Part shown: positions 9,298 through 19,713 of the stretch, piece after piece
Layout of the letters: each line of letters starts with the position of its first letter
How positions within the stretch are numbered: position 1 is the stretch's first letter
NCBI GenBank assembly: GCA_015489175.1
Contig: WGAI01000012.1
Span: 36,307 to 100,306, forward strand
DNA: 64,000 bases
Origin: a candidate division WOR-3 bacterium
GTDB lineage: Bacteria > Hydrothermota > Hydrothermia > B15-G9
Direction: 5' to 3'
Notes under the pieces: model-generated
The model's database searches: none
Seen by the model: the letters and a program-made list of their open reading frames with translations, nothing else
What the model was told of the DNA's origin: nothing
Program-made: the position numbers and the translations under genes

Positions 9298-11901
9298 ATG
9301 GCCGACAGAGCAGCCAAAAAAGCGGAAGAATATCCAGCTCACGAAATTGAGCCTAAATGGCGTGAATGGTGGGAGAAGATCGGGCTATACAAAGCGCCGC
9401 GAGTTCCTGGCAAGAAATACTATGTGCTTGAGATGTTTCCGTATCCATCGGGCTCATCGCTACACATGGGACATCTGAAAAACTACTTTATCGGCGATGT
9501 GGTTGCTCGCGTGAAACTTATGGAGGGTTACGATGTCCTGCATCCGATGGGATGGGACGCATTCGGGTTGCCTGCCGAGAACGCAGCCATAAAGACCGGC
9601 GTTCACCCCAAGGTCTCGGTCGAAAACAACATCAAAAACTTCAAAGAGACCCTGAAAATTGCCGGGATTAGCTATGACTGGGATCGTGAATTGGCGACAT
9701 GCGATCCCGATTATTATCGCTGGACACAGTGGATTTTCCTTAAACTTTATGAGAAAGGACTTGCTTACAGGGCAGACGCCTATGTGAATTACTGCCCGAA
9801 CTGCAAAACGGTTCTTGCAAACGAGCAGGTTATAGACGGAAAGTGTGAGCGGTGCCACACCCCGGTCATCAAGAAGAAACTAACGCAGTGGTTTTTCAAG
9901 ATAACGGATTATGCTGACAGGCTTTTGGAAGATCTGAAAAAGCTTGAAGGCAAATGGCCTGAGCTCGTCATCAAGCAGCAGGAAAACTGGATAGGCAAAT
10001 CTTATGGCACCACGATCGTGTTCAAACTTGAGGACGGCACTGATTTTCCCGTGTTTACAACCCGTGCGGATACGGTTTTCGGCGTGACATTTATGACCAT
10101 CGCGCCAGAACATGACCTCGTTGAAAAATTGATCGAAGGTTCGCCTAACAAGGATGAAATCCAGCATTATGTCCAGCATGCGCTTCTCAAGACCGAAGTT
10201 GAAAGGACAAGCGCTGAGCGGGAAAAAACAGGCGTTTTCACCGGCAAGTATGCGATTCATCCGTTCACGGGCGAGAGGATTCCGATCTGGGTCGGAGATT
10301 ATGTGCTCGCCGCCTACGGAACAGGCATCGTGATGGGCGTTCCGGCACACGATCAGCGCGATTTTGAGTTCGCAAAGAAATACGGGCTCGACATAAAGGT
10401 CGTGATAAAACCCGTCGATGGACCGGAACCAGATCCGAAAACCATGACCGAGGCGTTCGAGGACTACGGCATTATGGTCAATTCCGGAGAATTCACTGGC
10501 ATGACCTCGGAAGAAGGCATCAAAGCAATTCAGAGAGCGCTTGAGGAGAAGGGACTGGGCGGAAAAACCGTCACTTACCGCATCCGCGACTGGCTCATCT
10601 CAAGGCAGAGGTATTGGGGCACACCAATTCCGGTTGTGCATTGCCCCAAATGCGGAGTTGTGCCCGTGCCGGAGGAGCAGTTGCCTGTCAAACTGCCTGA
10701 AAACATCAAAGACTTCAAACCCAAAGGCCGTTCACCGCTTGAAGATGTGCCTGAATTCATCAACACGACATGCCCCAAATGTGGCGGGCCGGCCAGAAGG
10801 GATCCCGACACGATGGACACTTTCGTCGATTCCTCATGGTATTTCCTGCGGTTTATCGATCCCAAAAACGACAAAGAGATATTCGAGAAAGAGGTTGAAG
10901 ATAAGTGGATGCCGGTCGATCAATACATCGGTGGCATAGAGCATGCCACGAAGCACTTAATTTACGCGAGGTTTATCCAGAAAGTCCTCTACGACATGGG
11001 CTACACATCACACGATGAGCCTTTTGAATACCTTTTCACGCAGGGACTTGTTCTCAAAAACTTCTACTGGTGTCCTAAATGTCTTGCAGTTGTGCCTGAC
11101 GACGAGGTCTATGAACGGGACGGTAAGTTTTACCACAGACACGGGGACGAGGAACATGAGGTGGAACAGCGGCTTGAGATGATGTCCAAGTCGAGGGGCA
11201 ATATCGTGCCGGCCAAACCGTTTATCGAGGAATACGGCTCCGATGTGGCGAGGATAACGATACTTTTTGCGGCGCCCGCCGAGAAAAGCATGGAATGGAG
11301 CGATGCAGGTGTTGAGGGAGCGAGAAGGTTCATCAACCGCGTGTGGCGCCTCTACATGAAGCACATAGACGATCTATCGACTGAGCCGCCGAAAGTTGAC
11401 CCCGAGAAGCTATCGAAGGATGAGAAAGAGCTCTATGTAGCGCTCCAGAAGACTATCTTTGAGGTTCGCAGGGATTCCAACGAGTTTCACTTCAACACTG
11501 CGATTGCCCGAATTATGGAGCTTGTTAACGAGCTTTACGGTTTCCAGAACACGCAATCAGATGTGTTCAAACTTGCGCTGCACCAGCTTGTGTTGCTTCT
11601 TGCGCCGTTCACGCCGCACATGGCGGAGGAGCTGTGGCATCGCATGGGCAACGAGGATTCCATCTTCAGGGCAAGGTTCCCTCAATACGACGAGCGGTAT
11701 CTTGTCTCTGACGAGGTGGAGATACCGGTTCAGGTCAATGGGCGTGTGCGTGGCAGGATCAAAGTCGCAAGAGATGCCGATGAGGAGACCGTGCTTGAAG
11801 CTGCTAAGGCGGAACCGAATGTCGTAAGGCACATCAAGGACAGGGAGATCAGAAAGGTCATCTACATCAAAGGCAAGCTTCTGAACATAGTTGTGAAGTG
11901 A
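9298..11901 (+). CDS. leuS: leucine--tRNA ligase
   Basis: HMGH motif (HMGHLKNY), KMSKS motif (KMSKSRGN), editing-domain insertion. 867 aa. Confidence 0.95.
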   Translation: MADRAAKKAEEYPAHEIEPKWREWWEKIGLYKAPRVPGKKYYVLEMFPYPSGSSLHMGHLKNYFIGDVVARVKLMEGYDVLHPMGWDAFGLPAENAAIKTGVHPKVSVENNIKNFKETLKIAGISYDWDRELATCDPDYYRWTQWIFLKLYEKGLAYRADAYVNYCPNCKTVLANEQVIDGKCERCHTPVIKKKLTQWFFKITDYADRLLEDLKKLEGKWPELVIKQQENWIGKSYGTTIVFKLEDGTDFPVFTTRADTVFGVTFMTIAPEHDLVEKLIEGSPNKDEIQHYVQHALLKTEVERTSAEREKTGVFTGKYAIHPFTGERIPIWVGDYVLAAYGTGIVMGVPAHDQRDFEFAKKYGLDIKVVIKPVDGPEPDPKTMTEAFEDYGIMVNSGEFTGMTSEEGIKAIQRALEEKGLGGKTVTYRIRDWLISRQRYWGTPIPVVHCPKCGVVPVPEEQLPVKLPENIKDFKPKGRSPLEDVPEFINTTCPKCGGPARRDPDTMDTFVDSSWYFLRFIDPKNDKEIFEKEVEDKWMPVDQYIGGIEHATKHLIYARFIQKVLYDMGYTSHDEPFEYLFTQGLVLKNFYWCPKCLAVVPDDEVYERDGKFYHRHGDEEHEVEQRLEMMSKSRGNIVPAKPFIEEYGSDVARITILFAAPAEKSMEWSDAGVEGARRFINRVWRLYMKHIDDLSTEPPKVDPEKLSKDEKELYVALQKTIFEVRRDSNEFHFNTAIARIMELVNELYGFQNTQSDVFKLALHQLVLLLAPFTPHMAEELWHRMGNEDSIFRARFPQYDERYLVSDEVEIPVQVNGRVRGRIKVARDADEETVLEAAKAEPNVVRHIKDREIRKVIYIKGKLLNIVVK

Positions 11902-11932
11902 GTTAGCTTTTGATAACTCGTTCGTATTTCAA

Positions 11933-11958
11933 GGCGCCCCGAAGGGGCGCCTTTTAAA
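11933..11958 (+). terminator. rho-independent terminator after leuS
   Basis: GGCGCCCC-GAAG-GGGCGCC hairpin followed by TTTTAAAAT. Confidence 0.8.
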
Positions 11959-12388
11959 ATCTGGACGGCTTGAGGATGCACAAGTCCATAAGGTTAAGCA
12001 CCTTCAGCAAATACTCCTCCCCAATTGTCCGAAGTGTGGAAAGCGATTGGATGTATGTTGGATCAAGAGGGGGAGGGGAGTGGATGATGATGGCCGATTG
12101 CAATGACCTTTGGCAGCTAAATTGAATGTGCTGAAGATATCCAACAATCGCTGTGTTTATTCGCTGTCTTTACCATTTACCAGATTCCTTATCTCATCTT
12201 TTATCAGGTTTTCCCTCAAAGTTGTAAATCGATCAAATTTTTCCTTTATGGATTAAGCGGGGAATTTAGTTAAAATGGGCTATGTAAGACCTTGAGCCTA
12301 AAAATATTCACTGTCCTAAACCTATTCAGCCGCTTTGATGTAATTTCATGCCCCAAAATTTTATAATCCATGCTGTTGAAACAGGAGG

Positions 12389-12724
12389 ATGGCAATGAAA
12401 CGATTGTGGATAGCCATAATTGTCGGTTTTCTGACTGGCCTGCTGTGTGTTTGGGGTGCATCCCAGAGGGGAATCTGGGACACATGGATGCTCGTATCGG
12501 CAGTTGCTAACCGCACGCTTATCGGTTTTGCGATCGGCATGTCCAGGTTCAAGATGCACTGGGCTCTTCACGGCGCGCTAATAGGCGCAATCTTCGGGCT
12601 GCCGCTTAGCCTTGCGGCGCTCCAGAGCGGTTTTGCATCGTTTCTGGCATTCGAGCTGGCGTCCATAGTGTATGGATTTGTCGTGGAACTGGTCACCGCC
12701 GTGATTTTCAAAGCAAAACCATGA
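12389..12724 (+). CDS. small integral membrane protein (3-4 TM), unknown function
   Basis: 111-aa hydrophobic ORF with an AGGAGG-like RBS (acaggaggatggcaATG). It follows a ~430-nt non-coding leader. Confidence 0.55.
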   Translation: MAMKRLWIAIIVGFLTGLLCVWGASQRGIWDTWMLVSAVANRTLIGFAIGMSRFKMHWALHGALIGAIFGLPLSLAALQSGFASFLAFELASIVYGFVVELVTAVIFKAKP

Positions 12725-12746
12725 TCCCTGCCGCAATTCAGAATTG

Positions 12747-12775
12747 AAAAAGGGGAGGCAGCGCGCCTCCCCAAT
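12747..12775. terminator. bidirectional terminator between convergent genes
   Basis: GGGGAGGC-AGCGC-GCCTCCCC hairpin. An A-tract on the left (T-tract for the minus-strand 978-aa gene) and AATCGTTT on the right. Confidence 0.7.
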
Positions 12776-12799
12776 CGTTTAACCCGTCATGATAGCCGT

Positions 12800-15736
12800 T
12801 CACCGATTAATCTTAACTATTCGCCTCACGATAGTGCGTTTACCATCGATCGAGGCCCTCACCAGATAAACGCCTGAAGCTACTCTGTGGCCGCTCATGT
12901 CAGTCCCGTCCCACCTGAACTTGTGGATGCCTGCCTTAAATCTGCCCTGTCCAAGTTCGTTTATCAGCCTGCCCGATACATCAAAGATCGAAATCTCGAG
13001 ATCCGATGGCCTGTCGAGGGATAGCATTATCTCGGTGGCGTCAGCAGATGGATTGGGCGCAACCATAATGTCCGGTTTGCCCATCGACGGGTGTGTCTCC
13101 TCGATGCCCTGCGCCATACCGCTGACATGCAGGTAGTAGATGTTGCCGTCGGTTGGGACATTAGGGCCGCCGCTCGTGATCATCCAAACATCGCCCGGTG
13201 CCGGCGGCACGGTCATGTTGTTTCGCAAGTTAAACCAGTAATACTGGCCTGAAAGGTAGAAGCAGCGATGGACTGACGGATCCAGATAGCGGCTCGGTGC
13301 GTTCGGAAGCCCGATGAACCAGTTGTCGCCCGGCGTTGAGTCGAACGGCACCTCCACACCGTTAGTCATATCAACGACGCGGAGCGTGGTCTGTCCTGTC
13401 GCCGAGTCCTGAACCCAGTAAATCATGTAGTCAGAGCCTCTGAAGGCCCAGCGCAGATTGGCGTTCGGCGGCGCCGTGCCCATGCTGTCCATCCCCGCAA
13501 TCTGGAGTGTCCCATCAAATCCGCTGACATTGCGGACGATCCGAAATCCTGTGATCCTGAACAGGGCACCGTCGATCATTGATGTGAACTCGAAGGTTAT
13601 GCCGCCGATAACGGGCGAGTAGTCCTTTATCATGTGGCCGTCCAGTCCCACTGAGAGATGACCCTCAGCGAGCAGATCCCTCGTTGCGCTGTCTATGATG
13701 GTGTAAGTGTATGTCGGCTCGGGTTGAATTCGGTTAAACCTTATCTCGTATGTCCTTGCCGTGAGCGATTCTGGATAGTAAACGAGCGGGTTAATCGATA
13801 CGGTGTTACATCCGCCATGAGCGTGGACAAGTCCGTCTATCACCTGATGATCGTTCAGCACCGTAATCATTGAATAGGACGAATCTACGGCGAATGTGTC
13901 CGCATCGTGCGCCTCAACGAACAGGCGATACGATGTGTTGTGCACCAGAGCTGAGTTGAAAGTGTAACTGCCTGTGTTTTCCAGCCCTCGTGCGAGGTAA
14001 AATTTGTCGCCTGTCATCGCATGGACGAGGTAGATGTCGATCGAAAGCGGATCGCCGTCTGCATCGGCCGCCCACCATCTGACCTCAGCGTCTCCTGAGA
14101 GGGTGCCCCGTTGCGGGCTCAGCAACAGCAGGTCGGGCACGCCGTTGCCCGGATTGTTGACGGTAAAGACGGTGTCAGACACATCCTCGCCAACCGCAAG
14201 TGTATCATAGACTGAAACCCTTATGCGATAACGGGTTCCATCGGGGACATCGTTCGTATGCCAGATGTATGAACCTGCATCTGGTATGCCCTGAGCTATC
14301 GGAACCCATGTCTCGCCGTTGTCCCGCGAGTAGAAGAGATCGACCAACATGTCGGCTCCGAACGCACTGGAATCCTGCCATGTGATCTCCACATCGCCGT
14401 AAACCGTCTCTCCGCCATTCGGATAATCGACATGTGCCCAGTTAGTCACGAAGTTGATATCGTAGAGCGTTTGGGCGAGGTCGGAATTTGCCTGAAGGTC
14501 GGCCAGATCCTCGCCCATGATGACTGCTATCACTATCTTTGCGGTGTCGCCGGGCGCAAGGTCGAACGGGCCTGTGAACTGGAGGAACCTGATGTCGGTG
14601 GGGGTAGATATGCTGTCGAACGGATGATATTCTCCTGTCGTGTAGTTGTAGCCTGCCGCAAGCTGATAGGCCTGATCGTCGTTATCTGGATCCGGCTCGC
14701 CCGGCCCGCCGACGCCGGGGTTGTGTATGATCTTGAAAGCAGTTAGGCCAAGCTGGTTGCCGGTCGTATCGGTCGGACTTTCAAGGAAGTCGAAGCCCAC
14801 ATATCCGGGCGGATTTGACCAGCCCGGCACGCTCCCGTCCGAATCGAAGGCATAACCCAGATTGCGGTCAGTGTCGAAGCCCGCGAGGTCGTCCTGATAA
14901 TCGCCTGCCCCGACATCCGCATCGCAAACCACGCCCATGTAAATGTGTTCGAGCGTGTCGTCCGTCGCATTCACCACATAGTAGTTCAGGAACAGGAAGT
15001 CCTGATAAAGGGTGTAGTTCCAGCAATATCCGACCTGTATCACCTTTATGCCGAGCGGATGGTCAGCCCTTGACGAGTCCATGTCGTTGCCTATCGCATA
15101 GCTATCCTCGGTGGAGATCACCACAGGGGCACCTGTTGCGTCGCGCACCGGCCATAGCGCAGTGTCAGACGGCTCGTTTGAGAACAACACACGCTCGGTG
15201 GTGTCCGTGTAGCCGGGTTCGTTCGGGAGGTCGCCGGGAACAAGCTCAGTGCCTCCGTTCGATGGGTTGTAGCCCATGTCAAGTGCAGCGTAGTAGGCTA
15301 TCATCTCCTCACCTGCGTTGTGCGTCACGGCCGTCGTGCTGGCAAAGCCGCGGATACACGAAAGCAATGTGTCGCCTGAAATCCCGTGATAATGCACAAA
15401 CTCATTGCCAATCTTCAGGATACCTGTTGAATCGAGGCCGTCGATCGATGTCACACGGATTGCGTTCGCATCCGCTGTAATGTCCTCGGCAAGGGAGGTG
15501 CTAACTCCCTTCGGTTTCAATGCGCCGACCCATATCCCGGCGCCGAAGATGTAGGTCTGTCCTGTGCCTTTCGGCCATTCTGCTGCGTTCTGGTAGCCAA
15601 AACGGCCGAAGTTCGTTATGGCGAGCCTGAGCAGCCCATCATCATGCCATCTCGTTGACCAGATGGCGAACAGGTTGCTCGCACTCAAAAACATCATGAA
15701 AACTACAACACCTGAAATTTTGATCTTGCGAATCAT
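12800..15736 (-). CDS. large secreted protein with T9SS type-A C-terminal sorting domain (cargo of unknown function)
   Basis: Signal peptide (MIRKIKISGVVVFMMFLSASNLFA). 978 aa. The C-terminus ...SGVYLVRASIDGKRTIVRRIVKINR matches the conserved T9SS CTD (SGVYxxR...K-hydrophobic end). Asp/Gly-rich Ca-binding-like stretches. Confidence 0.7.
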   Translation of the reverse strand: MIRKIKISGVVVFMMFLSASNLFAIWSTRWHDDGLLRLAITNFGRFGYQNAAEWPKGTGQTYIFGAGIWVGALKPKGVSTSLAEDITADANAIRVTSIDGLDSTGILKIGNEFVHYHGISGDTLLSCIRGFASTTAVTHNAGEEMIAYYAALDMGYNPSNGGTELVPGDLPNEPGYTDTTERVLFSNEPSDTALWPVRDATGAPVVISTEDSYAIGNDMDSSRADHPLGIKVIQVGYCWNYTLYQDFLFLNYYVVNATDDTLEHIYMGVVCDADVGAGDYQDDLAGFDTDRNLGYAFDSDGSVPGWSNPPGYVGFDFLESPTDTTGNQLGLTAFKIIHNPGVGGPGEPDPDNDDQAYQLAAGYNYTTGEYHPFDSISTPTDIRFLQFTGPFDLAPGDTAKIVIAVIMGEDLADLQANSDLAQTLYDINFVTNWAHVDYPNGGETVYGDVEITWQDSSAFGADMLVDLFYSRDNGETWVPIAQGIPDAGSYIWHTNDVPDGTRYRIRVSVYDTLAVGEDVSDTVFTVNNPGNGVPDLLLLSPQRGTLSGDAEVRWWAADADGDPLSIDIYLVHAMTGDKFYLARGLENTGSYTFNSALVHNTSYRLFVEAHDADTFAVDSSYSMITVLNDHQVIDGLVHAHGGCNTVSINPLVYYPESLTARTYEIRFNRIQPEPTYTYTIIDSATRDLLAEGHLSVGLDGHMIKDYSPVIGGITFEFTSMIDGALFRITGFRIVRNVSGFDGTLQIAGMDSMGTAPPNANLRWAFRGSDYMIYWVQDSATGQTTLRVVDMTNGVEVPFDSTPGDNWFIGLPNAPSRYLDPSVHRCFYLSGQYYWFNLRNNMTVPPAPGDVWMITSGGPNVPTDGNIYYLHVSGMAQGIEETHPSMGKPDIMVAPNPSADATEIMLSLDRPSDLEISIFDVSGRLINELGQGRFKAGIHKFRWDGTDMSGHRVASGVYLVRASIDGKRTIVRRIVKINR

Positions 15737-15740
15737 GGTC

Positions 15741-17948
15741 TCACCTCACAATCATGAATTTTTTGGTGACCTGCGAATTGTCCGATGCGTTGACGAGCCT
15801 CGCGAAATAAACCCCTGAAGAGAAACCATTTACCGGCAATGTTGTGACATTGTTACCTCTGTTAAGCCGCAATGTGTTGATTACCCTACCCGTGATGTCC
15901 AGAATGTTGAGCCGGTAACCTTCGTCTGGAGCAAATGCCGTCAACTTGACGGAGCTGTTTGAAAGTGCTACATCAAGTCGGGGCAGTTTTTGGGCTGCGA
16001 TCGGCTCGTCCTCCTCGACAGACGGCAGCAGCCTGTAAAGCACGATATGGGCCCATGTGTATTTCGTGGTGGTCATCCCATCCTCGTTCGAGATCAGCAG
16101 TTTCCACCGTCCTTCTGGCATGGTCAGGTAGGCCTGTTCGGTTATCGGGATGTCCTCCGCCATCGATGCCGCCGTGAACCTGTGCCCCATCTGGTATTCA
16201 TCAAAATTAGAGCTATCCATGACATAGTAGTCGAGCCTGATCTGATCCTCATCGATGAGGTTGCCGTATGTGTGATAAAACCCTGTATCCCCTGCATTTC
16301 TGCGGCATCTGACATAGCCGTGTTCGACGCCAATGCCCCCATCAGTCGTTATCTCAACCATGTAAGCTGTCTCATCGCTGCTTGTTGTGTCAGCCCACGG
16401 CGATGGGGTGAAGTTCGGAATGGTCACCGTGACATAGTATTGAGCGCCGGTCTGTGAGTTCTCGATTATCTGCACGATCGTGTTGGGATCCTCAGGGTAG
16501 TCTCCGATCGGCGAATTGACATGGATGTAGAAGTTGCGCAGCTCGCCTATCTCGAAGTTCGCAATTCCGTTCTGATCGGTGAACAGCCATGAGCTCACAC
16601 TGTAACCGCCATACCAGCCCTCGGTGTAGAGCAACACGCGTGCGCCCGGCACAGGCTTGTTTCGCCAATCGACAACCTGCACATGGAGCGAACAGACATC
16701 CGAGTAGATATGCGTCATCGTGGTGGTGTAGCCGTCAGACCTCCAGTCGAGGACAGATGAGATGTGTTTTCCGCCGCCGTAATCGTCGTCCATGGCTATT
16801 CCCGGCGCATTGATGCTGGTTGGCCCGCCATACCAGCCTACCTGATACGGATACCAGTTGCCGTCGAAGTAGAAAGCGGTGAACACATGGTCTTCTGCCA
16901 GCGTGAAGTGCGAGGTTATCGGAATAAGTGCGGCTCTCGCGCCCGCCACAAGGGCATCCTGAAGCTCGCCGCAGTTACCGTTGTGCTCATGGATTATCAC
17001 ATTTGGCTGAATTGGGCGGTCACCCGTCGCAGTCGTTGGGATATTGTAGCCGACCCAGTTGCCGACGATGTCGAGCGCATAACTCGTTGAGTCAAACGGG
17101 CGAAATCTCGGCAAATTCACAGGCGTGTCGGAAACGACCCAGAGCGTTTTCACGCCGCGCATAACATCCGCAAGCCTCGGATAGCCCGAATCCGCATGGT
17201 AAAACAGGTAGTCGCGCCAAAACCTGTTGTAAACATACCCGTCCATCCTCGGCATCTCGTCCGACAGTTCAGGATGGACTATGTAGTAGTAATAGATCCA
17301 GTAAGGGATGGTCGTGTAAGCGGTGTCGCCGTTGGCGTCGATGTAGCGATACCGCGCCGTTGTGAAGTAGTCCTCGCCTGTCGTGTCCTCGACCAGCTCA
17401 ACATAATCGAGCGAATCCGCATTCCGATAGATGTATTCAGCGTTGACCTCGACAAGTTGAGGGTCAAACACGGAATCCATCAGTATCTCAGGCGATAGAG
17501 CCGCAACTACGAAGGCTATCTCGTCACGATACCGGTCGTCCGTTGGGTTGATTATCATCTGAGCGTAAATATCTTGAAACTCAGGTGTTAGCCTGTGCAT
17601 GTTGTCGGCGAGCAGTGGTCTGAGCCAGTCAGGGGCTATATCTATGGCCTGAAGTGCATTGGTTGTTAGGCCGGTATCGGGATAATCCGTCAGCGTTAGG
17701 CCTGTGGAATCGATGTCGAAGATGATGCGTTCGCCGGGCCACATCAGCAAGAACAGGTCTTTTCGATCCACAACCTGCCATTGCGTGTCTGGCGGCATCG
17801 TCTGAACGGACGGCAGGTGCCCAAAACCCTCAGCACCTTCAAACGGTTGGACTATGTGCCTGATAATTCTGGGGTTGTCCAGATGCGGAGGGGACATCGT
17901 CGTGATGCCCTGTCCAACGACAAGGGTTACAATTACCAGCCAGTTCAT
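15741..17948 (-). CDS. transglutaminase-like cysteine-protease-fold protein with T9SS C-terminal domain
   Basis: Signal peptide. The transglutaminase core signature GNCGELQDALVAGARAALIPI...DHVFTAFYFDGNWYPY matches the GxC...H...D pattern of PF01841. C-terminal ...SGVYFARLVNASDNSQVTKKFMIVR is a T9SS CTD. Confidence 0.65.
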   Translation of the reverse strand: MNWLVIVTLVVGQGITTMSPPHLDNPRIIRHIVQPFEGAEGFGHLPSVQTMPPDTQWQVVDRKDLFLLMWPGERIIFDIDSTGLTLTDYPDTGLTTNALQAIDIAPDWLRPLLADNMHRLTPEFQDIYAQMIINPTDDRYRDEIAFVVAALSPEILMDSVFDPQLVEVNAEYIYRNADSLDYVELVEDTTGEDYFTTARYRYIDANGDTAYTTIPYWIYYYYIVHPELSDEMPRMDGYVYNRFWRDYLFYHADSGYPRLADVMRGVKTLWVVSDTPVNLPRFRPFDSTSYALDIVGNWVGYNIPTTATGDRPIQPNVIIHEHNGNCGELQDALVAGARAALIPITSHFTLAEDHVFTAFYFDGNWYPYQVGWYGGPTSINAPGIAMDDDYGGGKHISSVLDWRSDGYTTTMTHIYSDVCSLHVQVVDWRNKPVPGARVLLYTEGWYGGYSVSSWLFTDQNGIANFEIGELRNFYIHVNSPIGDYPEDPNTIVQIIENSQTGAQYYVTVTIPNFTPSPWADTTSSDETAYMVEITTDGGIGVEHGYVRCRRNAGDTGFYHTYGNLIDEDQIRLDYYVMDSSNFDEYQMGHRFTAASMAEDIPITEQAYLTMPEGRWKLLISNEDGMTTTKYTWAHIVLYRLLPSVEEDEPIAAQKLPRLDVALSNSSVKLTAFAPDEGYRLNILDITGRVINTLRLNRGNNVTTLPVNGFSSGVYFARLVNASDNSQVTKKFMIVR

Positions 17949-18030
17949 GGCTCACCTCCCTGTTTGCAATCCAAAATGATTTTAAATCGAATTCTCTACA
18001 AATTCACATCAAACAAGGGGGTTAAACGAC

Positions 18031-19713
18031 TTACAAAAATTTTCCTAAATTCCTAATGATGTTATTAAATCCGAGCGACTTGATTAGTCTTCGGTAGTGT
18101 TTCAGCAACCTGAATGTTGCCGAAATTTTTGCGATATGGTTGTTGTGAAACATGGAGATGCCAGCGAGTTCGGCTATATCCCTGAGGCCGACATTGTAGG
18201 GATACCACCAGAGCTGAGAATTGATTGAGCCGAAATCCTCGCTCACAAACTTTATGTTCACCAGCTCGTGGAGGCCAAATCTGCCGTGTGTCCTGCCCAC
18301 ACCTGAGAACCTTACGCCGCCCCATGCGCCTTCCGGCTCTCCGAAGCTGAACACATGATCGTTGACCGTGATGTTTCCTGCCTCGACCTCCTCGATGAAT
18401 TTCCTCGTTACCTTCCTGTCGCGCGTCCAGACCGACGCTGTGAGCCCGTATTTCGTGTCGTTTGCAAGCGAGATAGCTTCATCTATCGTCTTGAACTTCA
18501 TGATCGGCGCGACCGGGCCGAATGTCTCATCCTGCATGATCGACATCGAATGATTTACTCCGACCATCACGATTGGGGTCAGGAAGAACCCGTTTTCCGA
18601 TGTGCGGCCGCCTGTCGTGATGGTTGCACCTGCCGATACGGCATCTCTCACCTGCATCAAGACCTTGTTCAGCTGCATCGGGGTGGTCATCGGGCCGATT
18701 TCCGTGTCGTGAGCCATCGGATCGCCAACTTTCAGGCTGGAAGCGCGCTCAGTCATCCTCTCGACAAACTCATCGTAGATAGACTCATGGACATAAATCC
18801 TTTCGATTGAGGCGCATGTCTGTCCAGAATTCATGAATGCGCCCCAGAGTATGCCGTTTACCGCCCGATCCATGTCCGTATCGGGCATAACGACTGCTGC
18901 ATCTTTGCCGCCAAGCTCAAGAACGAGTTTTTTCAGGCTGTTTGCCGATTTCTCGTAGATGTATTTGCCGGTCTCAACGGAGCCCGTGAACATCACGACC
19001 CTGACAGAATTGCTGCTTATGAGCTTTTGCCCCACATCCGATTTTCCGATAAGGAGGTTGAAAGTGCCTTCGGGAAATCCTGCACGCTCGAAGAGCTTTG
19101 CTATCTTGATGCCTGTCAAAGGCGTTACCGATGACGGCTTCAGAACCACGGCGTTGCCTGAAACGAGAGCAGCAACTGCATCTAAGAACGGGATTACAAA
19201 CGGGTAGTTCCACGGCGATATGATCGCGACAACGCCCAGCGGGTCGAACCGATAATAGGCCATTTTGTTTTTGAAAAGCGCCTGCCAGTGCCTGACTTTT
19301 AAAGGATGCAGGTATCTGGCGGCCTTTGAGATGTAAAAGTCGAGGCTGTCGATCGCCGGCAGAACCTCGACGAGAAGCGCCTCGGTGTAAGGCTTACCCT
19401 GTTCCGTTGCAACGACACGGGCGATATCGGTTATCTCGCTCAAAATTGCCGATTTGAGCCTTTTTAGATACTCGACCCTGTCCTCGACGCTCAGTTTTGA
19501 CCACTTTTTGAAGCCGTTTTCCGCCGCTTCGATCGCAAGTTCCACAGTTTTACCGTCAGCAGCCACCACTTCCGCAATGGGCTGACCCGTTGATGGGTTA
19601 ATTGTTTGAAACGGCTGACCCTCTGCGAGCCATGAGCCGTTGACGAAAGAGCCGTTTTCACTCGCCATCCCGTTCATCGACCAACCTCCTGAGGCGCTCG
19701 ACCTCCTGTTCAA
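18031..19713 (-). CDS. NAD(P)-dependent aldehyde dehydrogenase family protein
   Basis: ALDH motifs VLELGGKDA and the catalytic Cys in GQTCASIERIYV. 560 aa with N- and C-terminal extensions. The annotated start overlaps the lpxD 3' end, so the real start is probably an internal Met (M13 or M16). Confidence 0.85.
   Translation of the reverse strand: MNRRSSASGGWSMNGMASENGSFVNGSWLAEGQPFQTINPSTGQPIAEVVAADGKTVELAIEAAENGFKKWSKLSVEDRVEYLKRLKSAILSEITDIARVVATEQGKPYTEALLVEVLPAIDSLDFYISKAARYLHPLKVRHWQALFKNKMAYYRFDPLGVVAIISPWNYPFVIPFLDAVAALVSGNAVVLKPSSVTPLTGIKIAKLFERAGFPEGTFNLLIGKSDVGQKLISSNSVRVVMFTGSVETGKYIYEKSANSLKKLVLELGGKDAAVVMPDTDMDRAVNGILWGAFMNSGQTCASIERIYVHESIYDEFVERMTERASSLKVGDPMAHDTEIGPMTTPMQLNKVLMQVRDAVSAGATITTGGRTSENGFFLTPIVMVGVNHSMSIMQDETFGPVAPIMKFKTIDEAISLANDTKYGLTASVWTRDRKVTRKFIEEVEAGNITVNDHVFSFGEPEGAWGGVRFSGVGRTHGRFGLHELVNIKFVSEDFGSINSQLWWYPYNVGLRDIAELAGISMFHNNHIAKISATFRLLKHYRRLIKSLGFNNIIRNLGKFL

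Noticed and set aside
14815-15480. 221-aa Arg/Pro/Cys/Ser-rich ORF on the plus strand
   Set aside because: It lies entirely inside the 978-aa minus-strand T9SS protein gene. Its low-complexity, Arg-rich composition is typical of a GC-driven antisense shadow frame. No RBS and no motifs.
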